Shown piece by piece: positions 1 to 11,480 of a stretch of 64,000 nt of DNA (within the stretch, counting starts at the first letter, position 1; every line of letters starts with the position of its first letter). The stretch is from positions 1 to 64,000 of IMG/VR virus record IMGVR_UViG_3300022074_000021. One strand, written 5' to 3'. The position numbers and the translations under genes were made by a program. This DNA is from a virus. A model generated the notes under the pieces. That model was given only the letters and a program-made list of their open reading frames with translations. It was not told the origin of the DNA and ran no database searches.

Positions 1-1
1 C

Positions 2-145
2 ATTAATTTTGATAATGTACGTTTACTTAATAATATTAGTGGTGAATTTATAGTAAGTATTAATAAAGAGTATGGAGTAGTTGTATTTGATCAAGAATCA
101 AAGGATATTAAACTTAAATATATTATATCTTCCCTTACACAATGA
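2..145 (+). CDS. 3' end of an upstream gene, possibly the sliding clamp (gp45-like) C-terminus
   Basis: Frame 2 is open from the window edge (INFDNVRLLNNISGEFIVSINKEYGVVVFD...KYIISSLTQ) to TGA at 143-145, which overlaps the next ATG. The product call rests only on loose resemblance and the replication-gene context. Confidence 0.4.
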   Translation: MNFDNVRLLNNISGEFIVSINKEYGVVVFDQESKDIKLKYIISSLTQ

Positions 146-498
146 GTTCAAATCATCACAAAAATAAACTGAAAACTGCAGGATACTTTATAAAACGATT
201 AAAAGATACAGGGTATGTTACCTTGCGTATGTTTGATAAATATGGTAAAAATGATAGTCGTAAATGGACAGTCCTAGTTGATCCAAGTGGTGCATCAGTT
301 TATATTACTTGTTTTGAAAATAGACCATTTAAGGGGGAGTACTTATTTAGCTTTGAAGATGGTAACCAGAGATTTAGTAGAGGGTACGTTTTAAAAACTA
401 GTTCTATTGAGGTGGTAATACAACGATTAGAAGAACATAAAGTATTACATGTTGAGGATAATGAGTTTGTGACTAAATATAAAAAGAATGAGCGATGA
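142..498 (+). CDS. hypothetical phage protein
   Basis: 118 aa ORF with an ATGA overlap to the upstream gene, inside a co-oriented operon. Confidence 0.75.
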   Translation: MSSNHHKNKLKTAGYFIKRLKDTGYVTLRMFDKYGKNDSRKWTVLVDPSGASVYITCFENRPFKGEYLFSFEDGNQRFSRGYVLKTSSIEVVIQRLEEHKVLHVEDNEFVTKYKKNER

Positions 499-790
499 AA
501 GTAAAGAGCATCAAGAAAAAAAACTCGAGGAGTTACTAAATGACGCTCTTAACTTACAACCAGACAAGCTTAAAGTATTTAAAGATCAACAGGAATTACG
601 TGATAAACTAAAGGGCATTACATCAGAGTACCTTGACTCATTTTATATATTTGGTTATGATATTAATGGAAAAACAGTATTAGTTAAAGGAGCATCTTCA
701 GATCAACAATTAGATGCTTTAGATACATTAGCTGTTAGATTGTTTATGGCGGGAAGTTTAGGAAGTACATATGGAAGCGGAGGAAACTAA
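488..790 (+). CDS. hypothetical phage protein
   Basis: 100 aa ORF overlapping both neighbours; TAAATA at 474-479. Confidence 0.7.
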   Translation: MSDESKEHQEKKLEELLNDALNLQPDKLKVFKDQQELRDKLKGITSEYLDSFYIFGYDINGKTVLVKGASSDQQLDALDTLAVRLFMAGSLGSTYGSGGN

Positions 791-1034
791 AACAAAACAA
801 ACTTATGCAGTTCAGACTGGAGATTATGTAGGTCAGATATTTATAGTTTGTGAGATAACAGAGAAAGGTATAGGTTGTCTATCCGTACCTGCAATGAAAA
901 ATGTGTTAGTACCTACAGACAAGTGGACAATCGGAAGGAACTCTGATATAATTGAATATGTAGAGGAACTTTCACGAGATATTTTTACCGTTTGCGCAGC
1001 TCAATATAAGAAAAATGAAGACTTTAATAATTGA
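771..1034 (+). CDS. hypothetical phage protein
   Basis: 87 aa ORF in the operon, overlapping both neighbours. Confidence 0.7.
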   Translation: MEAEETKTKQTYAVQTGDYVGQIFIVCEITEKGIGCLSVPAMKNVLVPTDKWTIGRNSDIIEYVEELSRDIFTVCAAQYKKNEDFNN

Positions 1035-1884
1035 TGGGAATAATCTTATCCACCGGACATGGTGGACTGCTAAAAGTCAGAGTAAGCGTCAGGATATTGA
1101 AGATGCAGAGCGAATTGCTCGATTACATATATATTTTACTCTGAATGCAATATTTTCTTATACTAATAAATTTAAACCAACTAATGTTATATGCGTGTGG
1201 GATGAAAAGGAAGACTATCAACCTAATATACGTAAGAAGCAGTTAGAAGGATATAAGGGTAATCGATCGAAAGATAGTACACCGCATGCTCAAAATGATC
1301 GTATTAAAGAAATGCTATCATGTTTAGGTATCAAGTCTATTTTTCCACGTGAGCGTGAAGCAGATGATATTGTAGCATATATATGCAAGACATTCCCAGG
1401 GGAGAAGGTTATTGTATCTGTCGATAGAGATTTTTTGCAATTAGTAGATGAGACATCAACGTTATATGATGCTATCCGTAAGCGTGAATTTACTTTATCG
1501 ACGTTTAAAGAAGATACGAGCTACACTAAAGCTGAATGGCTTTATGCAAAGTGTATATTAGGGGATAAATCTGACAACGTACCAGGCATACCGCGATTTG
1601 GTAAAGCTAAAGTACGTAAATGGCTTGATGGAGAACTTCAACTAACAGAAGAGCAGCAAGAAATTTACGATAAAAACTTAACAGTATTTGATCTTAATGA
1701 AGTAATGTCACATACTACCGAATGTGAATATTATAAGCAGCAGATTGATAAACCAATAGACCCGAGATGGTCACAGTTTATTGAATATTGCGAAGAATAC
1801 GAGCTTAACAATATTCTTAAAAAGAAAGATCAATGGCATAATATTTTTGTCTTATCAAGTAAGTTGATATCCATGTTTAGCTAG
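1015..1884 (+). CDS. rnh: T4 RNase H-like 5'-3' exonuclease / flap endonuclease
   Basis: LIIDGNNL, YKGNR, EADD, VSVDRDFLQL and GDKSDNVPGI motifs of the FEN/5'-3' exonuclease family. Confidence 0.92.
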   Translation: MKTLIIDGNNLIHRTWWTAKSQSKRQDIEDAERIARLHIYFTLNAIFSYTNKFKPTNVICVWDEKEDYQPNIRKKQLEGYKGNRSKDSTPHAQNDRIKEMLSCLGIKSIFPREREADDIVAYICKTFPGEKVIVSVDRDFLQLVDETSTLYDAIRKREFTLSTFKEDTSYTKAEWLYAKCILGDKSDNVPGIPRFGKAKVRKWLDGELQLTEEQQEIYDKNLTVFDLNEVMSHTTECEYYKQQIDKPIDPRWSQFIEYCEEYELNNILKKKDQWHNIFVLSSKLISMFS

Positions 1885-1897
1885 GATATAATAAGTT

Positions 1898-2932
1898 GTG
1901 ATTTCACTACCTCAAGAATATATCGTAGCTAAGTTTTACGAATTTGGTAGAGGTCCCATATACAACCGGTTTACTAACGTATATCAGTGTTCTTGTCCGA
2001 TATGCATGGAATCAGTAAAGAAAAAGAGATGTTATTATATACCTAAAAATGATAATGTATATTGTCATAATTGTGGTTGGTCGGGAAAGCCGTTAAGGTG
2101 GGTTAAAGAAGTAAGTGGTTGTACTAATCAAGATATTATTGAAGAAGTTCGTGATTATGATGTTTCAATAGATATCGGTAAAGATGAAGAAGTTACACCA
2201 AAGATACAAGTAGCAACTCTACCTTCAGATAGTATTAACCTATCAGATACGATGCAGCAAGACTTTTATAATAATAATATAATTGTTAGAGCGTGTAATT
2301 ATATTATTAAGTCAAGAAGACTTGATACTGCAGTTAATAGACCTGATAATCTTTATGTTTCATTAACAGATAAGGTTCATAAGAATCGGATTACGATACC
2401 GTTTATAAATGAACATAATGAAATTGAGTTTTATCAAACACGTACAGTTAAGACATCAGAGTTAAAAACAAAACCGAAGTACTTAGGTAAGGTGGGAGCA
2501 GAGAAAACACTATTTAATATTGATAAGGTTACTTCAGATTATGATAAAGTGTATATCTTTGAAGGGCCAATTGATGCTTTTTTTGTACGCAACTCAGTAG
2601 CAGTTGCTGGTATTACTGAACGTGGTAGATCATTCACTCAACGTCAAGAAGAGCAGTTAAACACTACGTTAAAATGGTATGATAAGGTGTGGATACTCGA
2701 TTCTCAGTGGGGTGATAGAGCATCGATGATTAAGTCGGAGGCACTTTTGAAACAAGATGAGGCTGTGTTTATATGGCCGGAAACACTAGGTAAGAAGTAT
2801 AAAGACTTTAATGATTTGGCCATAGCAGCTAATAAAGACGAAATTAGCTGGGATTGGATTGAAAAAAATACCTTCCAAGGACTGGAAGGTATTGTAAAGA
2901 TGACTGAAATTAAAAGATTCAATAACGTTTAG
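1898..2932 (+). CDS. gp61: T4-like DNA primase
   Basis: N-terminal Zn finger (CPIC...CHNCG) and TOPRIM motifs (FEGPIDAFF, LDSQ, KDFND). GTG start. Confidence 0.9.
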   Translation: MISLPQEYIVAKFYEFGRGPIYNRFTNVYQCSCPICMESVKKKRCYYIPKNDNVYCHNCGWSGKPLRWVKEVSGCTNQDIIEEVRDYDVSIDIGKDEEVTPKIQVATLPSDSINLSDTMQQDFYNNNIIVRACNYIIKSRRLDTAVNRPDNLYVSLTDKVHKNRITIPFINEHNEIEFYQTRTVKTSELKTKPKYLGKVGAEKTLFNIDKVTSDYDKVYIFEGPIDAFFVRNSVAVAGITERGRSFTQRQEEQLNTTLKWYDKVWILDSQWGDRASMIKSEALLKQDEAVFIWPETLGKKYKDFNDLAIAANKDEISWDWIEKNTFQGLEGIVKMTEIKRFNNV

Positions 2933-3372
2933 ACTCCTCTAAATTGTGCGTTGTCGGTCTGTGCAAGGTAACCTCTAAATGACTCATTAAGGGAAGCAAG
3001 TTCAGTGGCAACACGAGCTATTTTACGTTGTTCTGACTGCCTCATACGATCAAAAATTGTATCAGCTTGAGCATTGGCTAGAACTGCTTGTACAGAGTTA
3101 GCATCCTCAGCATCATTTAACATCTTAAGAAATTCATCTCCTGATGAAATCCAACCTTTAAGAGTATTAATTTGAGCCTCATGAATCTCCGCGATAGCTC
3201 CGGCAGCTTTTATGGCTGGGTCTTCCATATTTGCAGTAGCCTCAACATCCGCTTCTACATCTACATCAAACTCTTCAGGGGATGTATCATCATCAAGCTC
3301 GAGCTCAAATGCTTCTTTATCCTCATCATTTTCATTGAGTACTTTAAAGAACCTCTTTTCGAAATTTGTCAT
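2929..3372 (-). CDS. acidic late protein, possible head-internal/prohead protein
   Basis: 147 aa; TAAATA 5 nt upstream of ATG; N-terminus MTNFEKRFFKVLNE followed by an acidic tract. Confidence 0.7.
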   Translation of the reverse strand: MTNFEKRFFKVLNENDEDKEAFELELDDDTSPEEFDVDVEADVEATANMEDPAIKAAGAIAEIHEAQINTLKGWISSGDEFLKMLNDAEDANSVQAVLANAQADTIFDRMRQSEQRKIARVATELASLNESFRGYLAQTDNAQFRGV

Positions 3373-3406
3373 GTAATTATTTATGCTCTCGACTAAATAA
3401 TTACAT
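3371..3406. promoter_or_regulatory. back-to-back divergent late promoters forming a perfect 13-bp inverted repeat
   Basis: ATGTAATTATTTA (3371-3383), 10 nt spacer, TAAATAATTACAT (3394-3406). Each arm carries TAAATA directly upstream of a divergent ATG. Confidence 0.7.
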
Positions 3407-3736
3407 ATGAATTCTGGATATTCTTCACCATATTCTGTTAAACCGGATACAACACCTATTCAGCAATCGCTTAATACACAGGGCCAACAACAAATGTATA
3501 AAGAGGATGAAAAAAACCAAAAAGCGCCACCGACATTACCATTTGAAGTGGATGGAATTACTGAAATTTTAGGCAATACATTTGTATCTCTTGCTAATCT
3601 TCATAGAATGCTTAGCAACGTAAAGAATAATGATAGTGTCGAGGAGGATAATATTGAACTAATACAAGCTAAAATAGATAAAATAAACAATTTAATACTT
3701 GAACTTCCTAGAGATATAGCTAAAATATCTATATAA
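3407..3736 (+). CDS. hypothetical protein with coiled-coil C-terminus
   Basis: 109 aa ORF; TAAATA 7 nt upstream. Confidence 0.7.
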   Translation: MNSGYSSPYSVKPDTTPIQQSLNTQGQQQMYKEDEKNQKAPPTLPFEVDGITEILGNTFVSLANLHRMLSNVKNNDSVEEDNIELIQAKIDKINNLILELPRDIAKISI

Positions 3737-4104
3737 TGGTAAGATCCTTATTAATTACAGCAGCTGTAGCAGCATTATTTGCATTTGGTCTTCAAGAGTT
3801 TATTGGGTTTTGGAATACATTTTCACTAACTATAGGTATTCAATTTATAGTGTTTTGGGTTATAAATTCTCGTCAACAGCTTGATAAAGATACTTTATAT
3901 AGTGAATTTGAGACAAATCTAGATAGTATTTTAGAGCTAAGTAGGGTTTCAGTAGAGTGTCCTTGTGGAAACTATGTTTTTAAAGAAGAGGTCTTTATGA
4001 ACTCTGATAATATATATAGATGTCCTAAATGTAACAATAATATTAAACTAGATGCGCAAATCCGGGCAGTGTTACAGACAGATCCAGAAGAAGTAACAGG
4101 ATAA
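3736..4104 (+). CDS. membrane protein with C-terminal Zn-ribbon
   Basis: Two N-terminal hydrophobic helices, then CPC...CPKC. Confidence 0.7.
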   Translation: MVRSLLITAAVAALFAFGLQEFIGFWNTFSLTIGIQFIVFWVINSRQQLDKDTLYSEFETNLDSILELSRVSVECPCGNYVFKEEVFMNSDNIYRCPKCNNNIKLDAQIRAVLQTDPEEVTG

Positions 4105-4127
4105 GGAACTTTTTTATAATTAGATAT

Positions 4128-4388
4128 ATGAATAATATAAATAGTAGTAGCAATATCGAAATAAAGCGTAAAGACGGTAATACCGAGTATATGAGTCAAG
4201 CAGAATTTGCTAGGTGGGCATGTCTAGTAGAAGGTATTCAAGCTGTTGATCAAAAATTACTTAATGCTAAAGTACCTGAGTCTAATACTAAGTGGATTAA
4301 GCCACTTGCCTTTGAGAAGTATGTCCAAGAACGCTTTCATTCAATGCTCCGAGACGTAGAAGTTGAACATCAGCTAGGAAATATTTAA
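4128..4388 (+). CDS. hypothetical protein
   Basis: 86 aa ORF that converges on the giant fibre gene. Confidence 0.65.
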   Translation: MNNINSSSNIEIKRKDGNTEYMSQAEFARWACLVEGIQAVDQKLLNAKVPESNTKWIKPLAFEKYVQERFHSMLRDVEVEHQLGNI

Positions 4389-4401
4389 GTATTAGGAGCA
4401 G

Positions 4402-7400
4402 TTAAGCAGACCCACCAGCAAGTTCAATCTCAAGAATTTTATCAGCTATACCAGGCCCAAGATATATATTGTTACCAATTGAAGTACCAAGAGTGTACCA
4501 ACCATTAGTTGCTCCTGAGTTAGAAAGAGTTGATGTAATATCTTGAAAACCAATCGAATCATTTACTGGGTTAATCCAGATAATATAAGGTATATTCCAG
4601 GGATTTGAGTATACTTTACCATCGCCTCCTAATACTGAACCGAAAGAAGCAGCTTTAGCTGTATCTGCATCTGATTCAGAACCACCATTAAGCATCGCGT
4701 CAATAATAGCTTGTGGATACGGAATTTCAGTAGCTGAATCATTAGAAGTATCTATTTTAAGAATAGAACGTGCTCGGTGACCATGTGCGTAAATACATCC
4801 ATTCCCTGCAAGAGCACCATATTTATACTTGTTAAAGTATGTTTTTGTCTGTAGCATGCCACCAGGTGCAGTACTAAATAGATCGTTGTCGATTGGAGCG
4901 TTACCAGTAATATAGTCAGCACCCCAAGTTGAAATACCAGTGGTTGTATCAACAATATTAATACGAGATGCTCCTAATGGCATGCCATAAATTTTACCAT
5001 TATTACCAGCAACACCCCCTTCCAAAGAATCATAATGTTTAATAGCAGTACCTGAACCTTCTACAGCATAGTTAAACCTTGTTATAAATATAGCATCAGT
5101 TCTTGGAGGGGTAGGGCGTATAATAGATGCTTCTTTACTATCTGTATTTGTATTAACAACTAGCCAGACGTAGTTTCCACTTTTATATGAAGGAATATAC
5201 ACTCGGTTATTATAGTAGGCCGGTCCACGACATTGAAGATTAATTCCCGATGCAAATCCAGTTACTTCAGAAAAGGTTGGAGGGGTTTGTGTAGTATTAA
5301 TAATTAACGGTGCGTCCGCTTGTTGTGGTCCTAGATATATTTTACCATTAGGTGCCATAGCACCACCAATATACTTTGCTAATCCAGAATTACCAAAAGA
5401 TGTAATATCATATTGATCTTGCGACTCATCAGAAAGATTAGTGACTGTAACATAATTAGAAGCATACGGTACTAAGTATAACAACCCATCATTACCTTGA
5501 ATAGCACCACGATACATAATATTAACACCAACTGAAAGATCATTACCTATAAACCGGTAGTTTGTAGGGCCTGGATTTGCAGGAGGTGTTGCGCTCGGTG
5601 TAACTGAAACAGATGGCACCGGAGTGTTTGATACTACTGGTGTAACTGAGACACTAGAAGTAGGAGATACACTTGGTGAAGGTAAAATAATATTAGGGGT
5701 AGTGCTTGGTGTAACTAATAATGACGGTACCGGAGTGTTTGATATTGATGGTGTAACTGAGACACTAGAAGTAGGAGATACACTTGGTGATACAGGTATA
5801 TTGTTAGGAGTAACGCTAGGTGTAACAGAGACTGACGGTACCGGAGTGTTTGATATTGATGGTGTAATAGATGGTGTGGAAGATACACTTGGTGATACAG
5901 GTATATTGTTAGGAGTAACGCTAGGTGTAACAGAGACTGATGGTACAGGTGTAGTTGTGATTGATGGTGTAACAGATGGGGTGGAAGATACGCTTGGTGA
6001 TAGCGGTACAACTCGTACAGGACATTCTAACGTATAGAACCAGCATGGAAGTTCATCTAATGGGTTCTCTACGGTAACATATGCATCACGGGTGTTAGGA
6101 CAATTTAATCTAACCGTAATACTACCGGCTAAAGATGTATCGATAGTAGGATAACCGTCAGGGGATAAGCTTAACCCACTGTAATCTATATTGCGTTTTA
6201 ATAAAGCAGTTATAAATTGCTTACGCTTATGGCCACCATGAGTGTATTCTTCTGAACCAATGAAGCCTGTATCAATTATTACTACCTTTTTGTAAGTAAC
6301 AATAAATCGATCAGGACTTCCTTCACAAACATTATATCTAAAGGTAATATCACGCTCCACAGCAGTTGTTGGTGTTACAGATGGAGTAACTGATAACGTA
6401 ATACTTGGAGTAATACTTGGAGTAACTGATGGAGTAACTGAAGGCGTAACTGAAGAAGTTGGTGTTACAGATGGAGTAACTGATAACGTAACACTTGGAG
6501 TAATACTTGGAGTAACACTTGGAGTTATACTTGGAGTTATACTTGGGGTAACGCTCGATGTTGGTGTTATACTTGGTGTAATCGACGGCGTAGCTGAAGA
6601 AGTTGGTGTTACAGATGGAGTAACTGATAACGTAATACTAGGAGTAATACTAGGAGTAATACTTGGAGTAACACTTGGAGTAATCGACGGAGTTACACTT
6701 GGAGTAACGCTCGATGTTGGTGTTACACTTGGAGTAACGCTCGATGTTGGTGTTATACTTGGAGTAACACTCGGAGTAACACTTGGAGTGGGTGTGATTG
6801 ACGGGGTTGTAGAAGTAGATGCACCTGGTGTTTGAGTAACGCTTGGGGTAATACTAGGTGTTGCACTCTGAGTCGGGGATACAGATGGGGTAACTGAAGG
6901 AGTTATAGAAGATGTAACACTAGGTGTAACTGAGCTCGTAGGTGTAATACTCGGAGTAATAGACAGAGTAATACTCGGAGTAATCGACGGAGTTACACTT
7001 GGAGTAACGCTCGATGTTGGTGTAACTGATGGAGTAATACTCGGAGTAATAGATGGTGTAACACTTGGCGTAACTGAAATCGACGTGGTTATACTTGGAG
7101 TAACACTTGGAGTAATAGACGCAGTAACACTTGGTGTAATCGATGGAGTTATACTTGGAGTTATACTTGGTGTAATCGATGGAGTAACACTTGAAGTAAC
7201 TGATGGTGTAACACTCGGAGTAACAGAGCTCGTTGGAGTTATACTTGGAGTAATACTTGGTGTAATCGACGGAGTTACACTTGGAGTAACGCTAGATGTT
7301 GGTGTTATACTTGGAGTAACACTCGAAGTAACACTCGGAGTAACAGAGCTCGTTGGAGTAATACTTGGAGTAATACTTGGTGTAATCGACGGAGTTACAC

Positions 7401-10400
7401 TTGGAGTAACTGATGGAGTAACACTTGGAGTAACAGAGCTCGTTGGAGTTATACTTGGAGTAATACTTGGTGTAATCGACGGAGTTACACTTGGAGTAAC
7501 TGATGGAGTAACACTTGGAGTAACAGAGCTCGTTGGTGTTACACTTGGAGTAACAGAGATCGTTGGAGTTATACTTGGGGTAACAGAGGGTGTAACACTA
7601 GGTGTAACTGACGCTGGTGGCGACGTTGGTGGTGTATTACTAGGTGTAACGCTTATAGTTGGAGTAACTGAAGGCGTAACTGAAGAAGTTGGTGTTACAG
7701 ATGGAGTAACTGATAACGTAATACTAGGAGTAATACTAGGAGTAATACTTGGTGTAATCGACGGAGTTACACTTGGAGTAACGCTCGATGTTGGTGTAAT
7801 ACTTGGAGTAACTGACGGCGTAACACTAGAGGTTATGCTCGGAGTAATACTTGGTGTAATCGACGGCGTAACACTTGGTGTAACGCTCGATGTTGGTGTT
7901 ATACTTGGAGTAACTGATGGAGTAACTGAAGGCGTAACTGAAGAAGTTGGTGTTACAGATGGAGTAACTGATAACGTAACACTTGGAGTAATACTTTGAG
8001 TAATACTTGGAGTAACACTTGGAGTTATACTTGGAGTAACGCTCGATGTTGGTGTAATACTTGGTGTAATCGACGGCGTAACACTTGGAGTAACGCTCGA
8101 TGTTGGTGTTACACTTGGAGTAACTGATGGAGTAACTGAAGAAGTTGGTGTTACAGATGCAGTAACTGATAACGTAACACTTGGAGTAATACTTGGAGTT
8201 ATACTTGGAGTAATACTTGGTGTAATCGACGGAGTTACACTTGGAGTAACGCTCGATGTTGGTGTTATACTCGGAGTAACACTAGAGGTTATGCTCGGAG
8301 TAATACTTGGTGTAATCGATGAAGTAACACTTGGAGTAACTGAACTTGTGGGAGTAATTGAAGGTGTTACTGACGGCGTAACACTAGAGGTTATGCTCGG
8401 AGTAACACTAGGTGTGGGTGTAACTGACGGTGTAACTGACGGTGTAATACTTACAGAAATCGATGGCGTTACTGATGGAGTAATAGTTGTCGAAGGGGTA
8501 ACTGATGGAGTAATCGACGGTGTAATCGACGGTGTAATCGACGGTGTAACTGATGGAGTAGGTGTTACTGATGGAGTAACTGATGGCGTTACTGATGGAG
8601 TAATAGTTGTCGAAGGGGTAACTGATGGAGTAATCGACGGTGTAATCGACGGTGTAATCGACGGTGTAACTGATGGAGTAGGTGTTACTGATGGAGTAAC
8701 TGATGGAGTAACTGATGAAGTAGGTGTTACTGATGGAGTAACTGATGGAGTAACTGATGGAGTAACTGATGGAGTTACACTTAAGGTAATAGACGGGGTA
8801 ACTGATGGTGTTGTCGATGGTGATGCACCTGGAGAACTAGTAATACTAGGAGTAACAGAGGGTGTAACACTAGAGGTTATACTCGGAGTTACTGATGGAG
8901 TTACTGAGCTTGTAGGAGTAATCGATGGTGTAATCGATGGAGTAATCGATGGAGTTACTGAACTTGTAGGAGTAATCGATGGAGTTACGCTGGGCGTTAC
9001 TGATGGAGTTACAGAGCTTGTAGGTGTAATCGATGGAGTAATCGATGGAGTAATCGATGGGGTAATCGATGGAGTTACTGAGCTTGTAGGAGTAATCGAT
9101 GGTGTAATCGATGGAGTTACGCTGGGCGTTACTGATGGAGTTACAGAGCTTGTAGGTGTTACAGATGGTGTAATCGATGGAGTAATCGATGGAGTAACTG
9201 ATGGTGTTACAGAGCTTGTAGGTGTAATCGATGGAGTAATCGATGGAGTAATCGATGGGGTAATCGATGGAGTTACAGAGCTTGTAGGTGTTACAGATGG
9301 AGTAATCGATGGAGTTACGCTGGGCGTTACTGATGGAGTTACAGAGCTTGTAGGTGTTACAGATGGTGTAATCGATGGAGTAATCGATGGAGTTACTGAG
9401 CTTGTAGGAGTAATCGATGGTGTAATCGATGAAGTAATCGATGGAGTTATGCTGGGAGTTACTGATGGAGTAATACTTGGTGTAACACTAGGTGTAACAC
9501 TAGGAGTAACTGAACTTGTAGGAGTTACACTTGGAGTAATACTTGGTGTAACTGATGGAGTTATACTAGGAGTTGGTGTTATAGAAGGTGTAACACTAGG
9601 AGTAACTGAACTTGTAGGAGTTACACTTGGAGTAATACTTGGTGTAATCGATGAAGTAACACTTGGAGTAACTGAACTTGTGGGAGTAATTGAAGGTGTT
9701 ACTGATGGAGTTATACTAGGAGTAACACTTGGAGTAACTGAACTTGTGGGAGTAATTGAAGGTGTAACACTAGGTGTAACACTAGGAGTAACTGAACTTG
9801 TAGGAGTTACACTTGGAGTAATACTTGGTGTAACTGATGGAGTTATACTAGGAGTAACAGAGCTCGAAGGTGTAATCGACGGTGTAACACTTGGTGTAAT
9901 CGATGGAGTTACACTTGGAGTAATACTTGATGTAATCGATAATGTTGGCGTTATGCTTGGAGTAACACTAGATGTTGGGGTAATCGAGGGGGTAATCGAT
10001 GGAGTAATCGATAAGGATGGTGGTGGTGATGGGGGAGGTGATTGAGTAACACTAGGTGTTACAGAGCTTGTAGGTGTTATACTAGGGGTAACTGAGCTTG
10101 ATGGAGTTATACTAGGAGTAACACTAGGTGTAACACTAGGTGTAATTGATGGAGTTATACTAGGAGTAACAGTGGTTGTAGGAGTAACACTCGGTGTTGG
10201 TGACGAAGGTGGTGATGGAGGTGGTGATGGAGGTGGTGATGTGGAAGCACTTGGTGTAACAGATGGCGTTACTGATGGCGTTACACTTGATGTTGGTGTT
10301 ATGCTTGGAGTAATCGATGGTGTTACTGAGCTTGTAGGAGTAATCGATGGAGTAACTGACGGTGTTACTGACGGTGTTACTGAGCTTGTAGGTGTAATCG

Positions 10401-11451
10401 ATGGAGTAATCGATGGAGTAACGGAAGGTGTAATCGATGGAGTAATCGATGGAGTAATCGATGGAGTAACTGATGGAGTAACAGAAGGTGTTACAGAGCT
10501 TGTAGGTGTTATACTCGGAGTAATAGAAGGTGTTACTGTTGGAGTAACAGAAGGTGTTACAGAGCTTGTAGGTGTTATACTCGGAGTAATAGAAGGTGTT
10601 ACTGTTGGAGTAACAGAAGGTGTTACAGAGCTTGTAGGAGTAATCGATGGAGTAATCGATGGAGTAACTGATGGAGTAACAGAAGGTGTTACAGAGCTTG
10701 TAGGAGTAATCGATGGAGTAATCGATGGAGTAATCGATGGAGTAACTGATGGTGTTACAGAGCTTGTAGGTGTAACAGAAGGTGTTATAGAAGGTGTAAT
10801 CGATGGAGTAACAGAAGGTGTAACAGAGCTTGTAGGTGTAATCGATGGAGTAATCGATGGAGTAATCGATGGTGTTACAGAGCTTGTAGGTGTTATACTC
10901 GGAGTTACTGACGGTGTTACAGAAGGTGTTACAGAGCTTGTAGGTGTAATCGATGGAGTAATCGATGGAGTAACTGATGGTGTTACAGAGCTTGTGGGTG
11001 TAATCGATGGAGTAATTGATGGAGTAATCGATGGTGTTACTGAGCTTGTAGGTGTAATCGATGGAGTAATCGATGGAGTAACTGATGGTGTTACAGAGCT
11101 TGTGGGTGTAATCGATGGAGTAATTGATGGAGTAATCGATGGTGTTACTGAGCTTGTAGGAGTTATACTCGGAGTAATCGATGGGGTAACACTAGGTGTT
11201 ACTGAGCTTGTAGGAGTTATACTCGGAGTAATCGATGGGGTAACACTAGGTGTTACTGAGCTTGTAGGAGTTATACTCGGAGTAGCAGAAGGTGTTGCTG
11301 ATGGAGTAGCAGAAGGTGTTGCTGATGGAGTAGCTGAACTACTAGGACAAGGGGAAGGTGAAGATGAAGATGAACAACCAGAAGGAGTTTTCGACGGCGT
11401 TACAGTCGGCGTTGGAGTAGCAGAAGGTGAAGATGAACTCGAACTAGACAT
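4402..11451 (-). CDS. giant mucin-like Ser/Thr/Pro-rich fibre/adhesin with C-terminal beta-propeller
   Basis: 2349 aa. About 1690 aa of TPS(V/I) repeats, a globular domain (PDRFIV...DTGFIG...PDGYP...WFYTLECP), a second STP linker, then repeated G-x-x-x-x-(N/D)-G-x-x-Y blades ([40 protein letters not shown]). Confidence 0.85.
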   Translation of the reverse strand: MSSSSSSSPSATPTPTVTPSKTPSGCSSSSSPSPCPSSSATPSATPSATPSATPSATPSITPTSSVTPSVTPSITPSITPTSSVTPSVTPSITPSITPTSSVTPSITPSITPSITPTSSVTPSVTPSITPSITPTSSVTPSITPSITPSITPTSSVTPSVTPSITPSITPTSSVTPSVTPSVTPSITPTSSVTPSITPSITPSITPTSSVTPSVTPSITPSITPSVTPTSSVTPSVTPSITPSITPSITPTSSVTPSVTPSVTPSITPSITPTSSVTPSVTPTVTPSITPSITPTSSVTPSVTPTVTPSITPSITPTSSVTPSVTPSVTPSITPSITPSITPSVTPSITPSITPTSSVTPSVTPSVTPSITPTSSVTPSITPSITPTSSVTPSVTPSVTPSASTSPPPSPPPSPPSSPTPSVTPTTTVTPSITPSITPSVTPSVTPSITPSSSVTPSITPTSSVTPSVTQSPPPSPPPSLSITPSITPSITPTSSVTPSITPTLSITSSITPSVTPSITPSVTPSITPSSSVTPSITPSVTPSITPSVTPTSSVTPSVTPSVTPSITPTSSVTPSVTPSITPSVTPSITPTSSVTPSVTSSITPSITPSVTPTSSVTPSVTPSITPTPSITPSVTPSITPSVTPTSSVTPSVTPSVTPSITPSVTPSITPSITSSITPSITPTSSVTPSITPSITPSVTPTSSVTPSVTPSVTPSITPSVTPTSSVTPSITPSITPSITPSITPTSSVTPSVTPSITPSITPSVTPTSSVTPSVTPSVTPSITPSITPTSSVTPSITPSITPSITPSITPTSSVTPSVTPSVTPSITPTSSVTPSITPSITPSITPTSSVTPSVTPSITSSVTPSVTPSITSSPGASPSTTPSVTPSITLSVTPSVTPSVTPSVTPSVTPTSSVTPSVTPSVTPTPSVTPSITPSITPSITPSVTPSTTITPSVTPSVTPSVTPTPSVTPSITPSITPSITPSVTPSTTITPSVTPSISVSITPSVTPSVTPTPSVTPSITSSVTPSVTPSITPTSSVTPSVTSSITPSITPSITSSVTPSITPTSSVTPSVTPSITPSITPSITPSITPSVTLSVTASVTPTSSVTPSVTPSVTPTSSVTPSVTPSITPSITPTSSVTPSITPSVTPSITQSITPSVTLSVTPSVTPTSSVTPSVTPSVTPSITPTSSVTPSVTPSITPSITPSITSSVTPSVTPSITPTSSVTPSVTPSITPSITPSITPSITLSVTPSVTPTSSVTPSVTPTISVTPSNTPPTSPPASVTPSVTPSVTPSITPTISVTPSVTPTSSVTPSVTPSVTPSVTPSITPSITPSITPTSSVTPSVTPSVTPSVTPSITPSITPSITPTSSVTPSVTSSVTPSITPTSSVTPSVTPSITPSITPSITPTSSVTPSVTPSVTSSVTPSITPSITPSITPSITPSVTASITPSVTPSITTSISVTPSVTPSITPSITPSVTPTSSVTPSVTPSITPSITLSITPSITPTSSVTPSVTSSITPSVTPSVSPTQSATPSITPSVTQTPGASTSTTPSITPTPSVTPSVTPSITPTSSVTPSVTPTSSVTPSVTPSITPSVTPSITPSITPSITLSVTPSVTPTSSATPSITPSITPTSSVTPSITPSITPSVTPSITPSVTLSVTPSVTPTSSVTPSVTPSVTPSITPSITLSVTPSVTPTTAVERDITFRYNVCEGSPDRFIVTYKKVVIIDTGFIGSEEYTHGGHKRKQFITALLKRNIDYSGLSLSPDGYPTIDTSLAGSITVRLNCPNTRDAYVTVENPLDELPCWFYTLECPVRVVPLSPSVSSTPSVTPSITTTPVPSVSVTPSVTPNNIPVSPSVSSTPSITPSISNTPVPSVSVTPSVTPNNIPVSPSVSPTSSVSVTPSISNTPVPSLLVTPSTTPNIILPSPSVSPTSSVSVTPVVSNTPVPSVSVTPSATPPANPGPTNYRFIGNDLSVGVNIMYRGAIQGNDGLLYLVPYASNYVTVTNLSDESQDQYDITSFGNSGLAKYIGGAMAPNGKIYLGPQQADAPLIINTTQTPPTFSEVTGFASGINLQCRGPAYYNNRVYIPSYKSGNYVWLVVNTNTDSKEASIIRPTPPRTDAIFITRFNYAVEGSGTAIKHYDSLEGGVAGNNGKIYGMPLGASRINIVDTTTGISTWGADYITGNAPIDNDLFSTAPGGMLQTKTYFNKYKYGALAGNGCIYAHGHRARSILKIDTSNDSATEIPYPQAIIDAMLNGGSESDADTAKAASFGSVLGGDGKVYSNPWNIPYIIWINPVNDSIGFQDITSTLSNSGATNGWYTLGTSIGNNIYLGPGIADKILEIELAGGSA
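6362..11345 (-). repeat. degenerate 12-bp / 18-bp coding tandem repeat ([14 protein letters not shown])
   Basis: About 5 kb of units such as ggagtaatcgat, ggagttacactt and gatggagtaact, with higher-order exact duplications (8462-8580 = 8582-8700; a 66-bp unit near 10480-10630). Confidence 0.95.
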
Positions 11452-11480
11452 ATTTCACTAGAGTGTAGCGGTGCTGGTTA

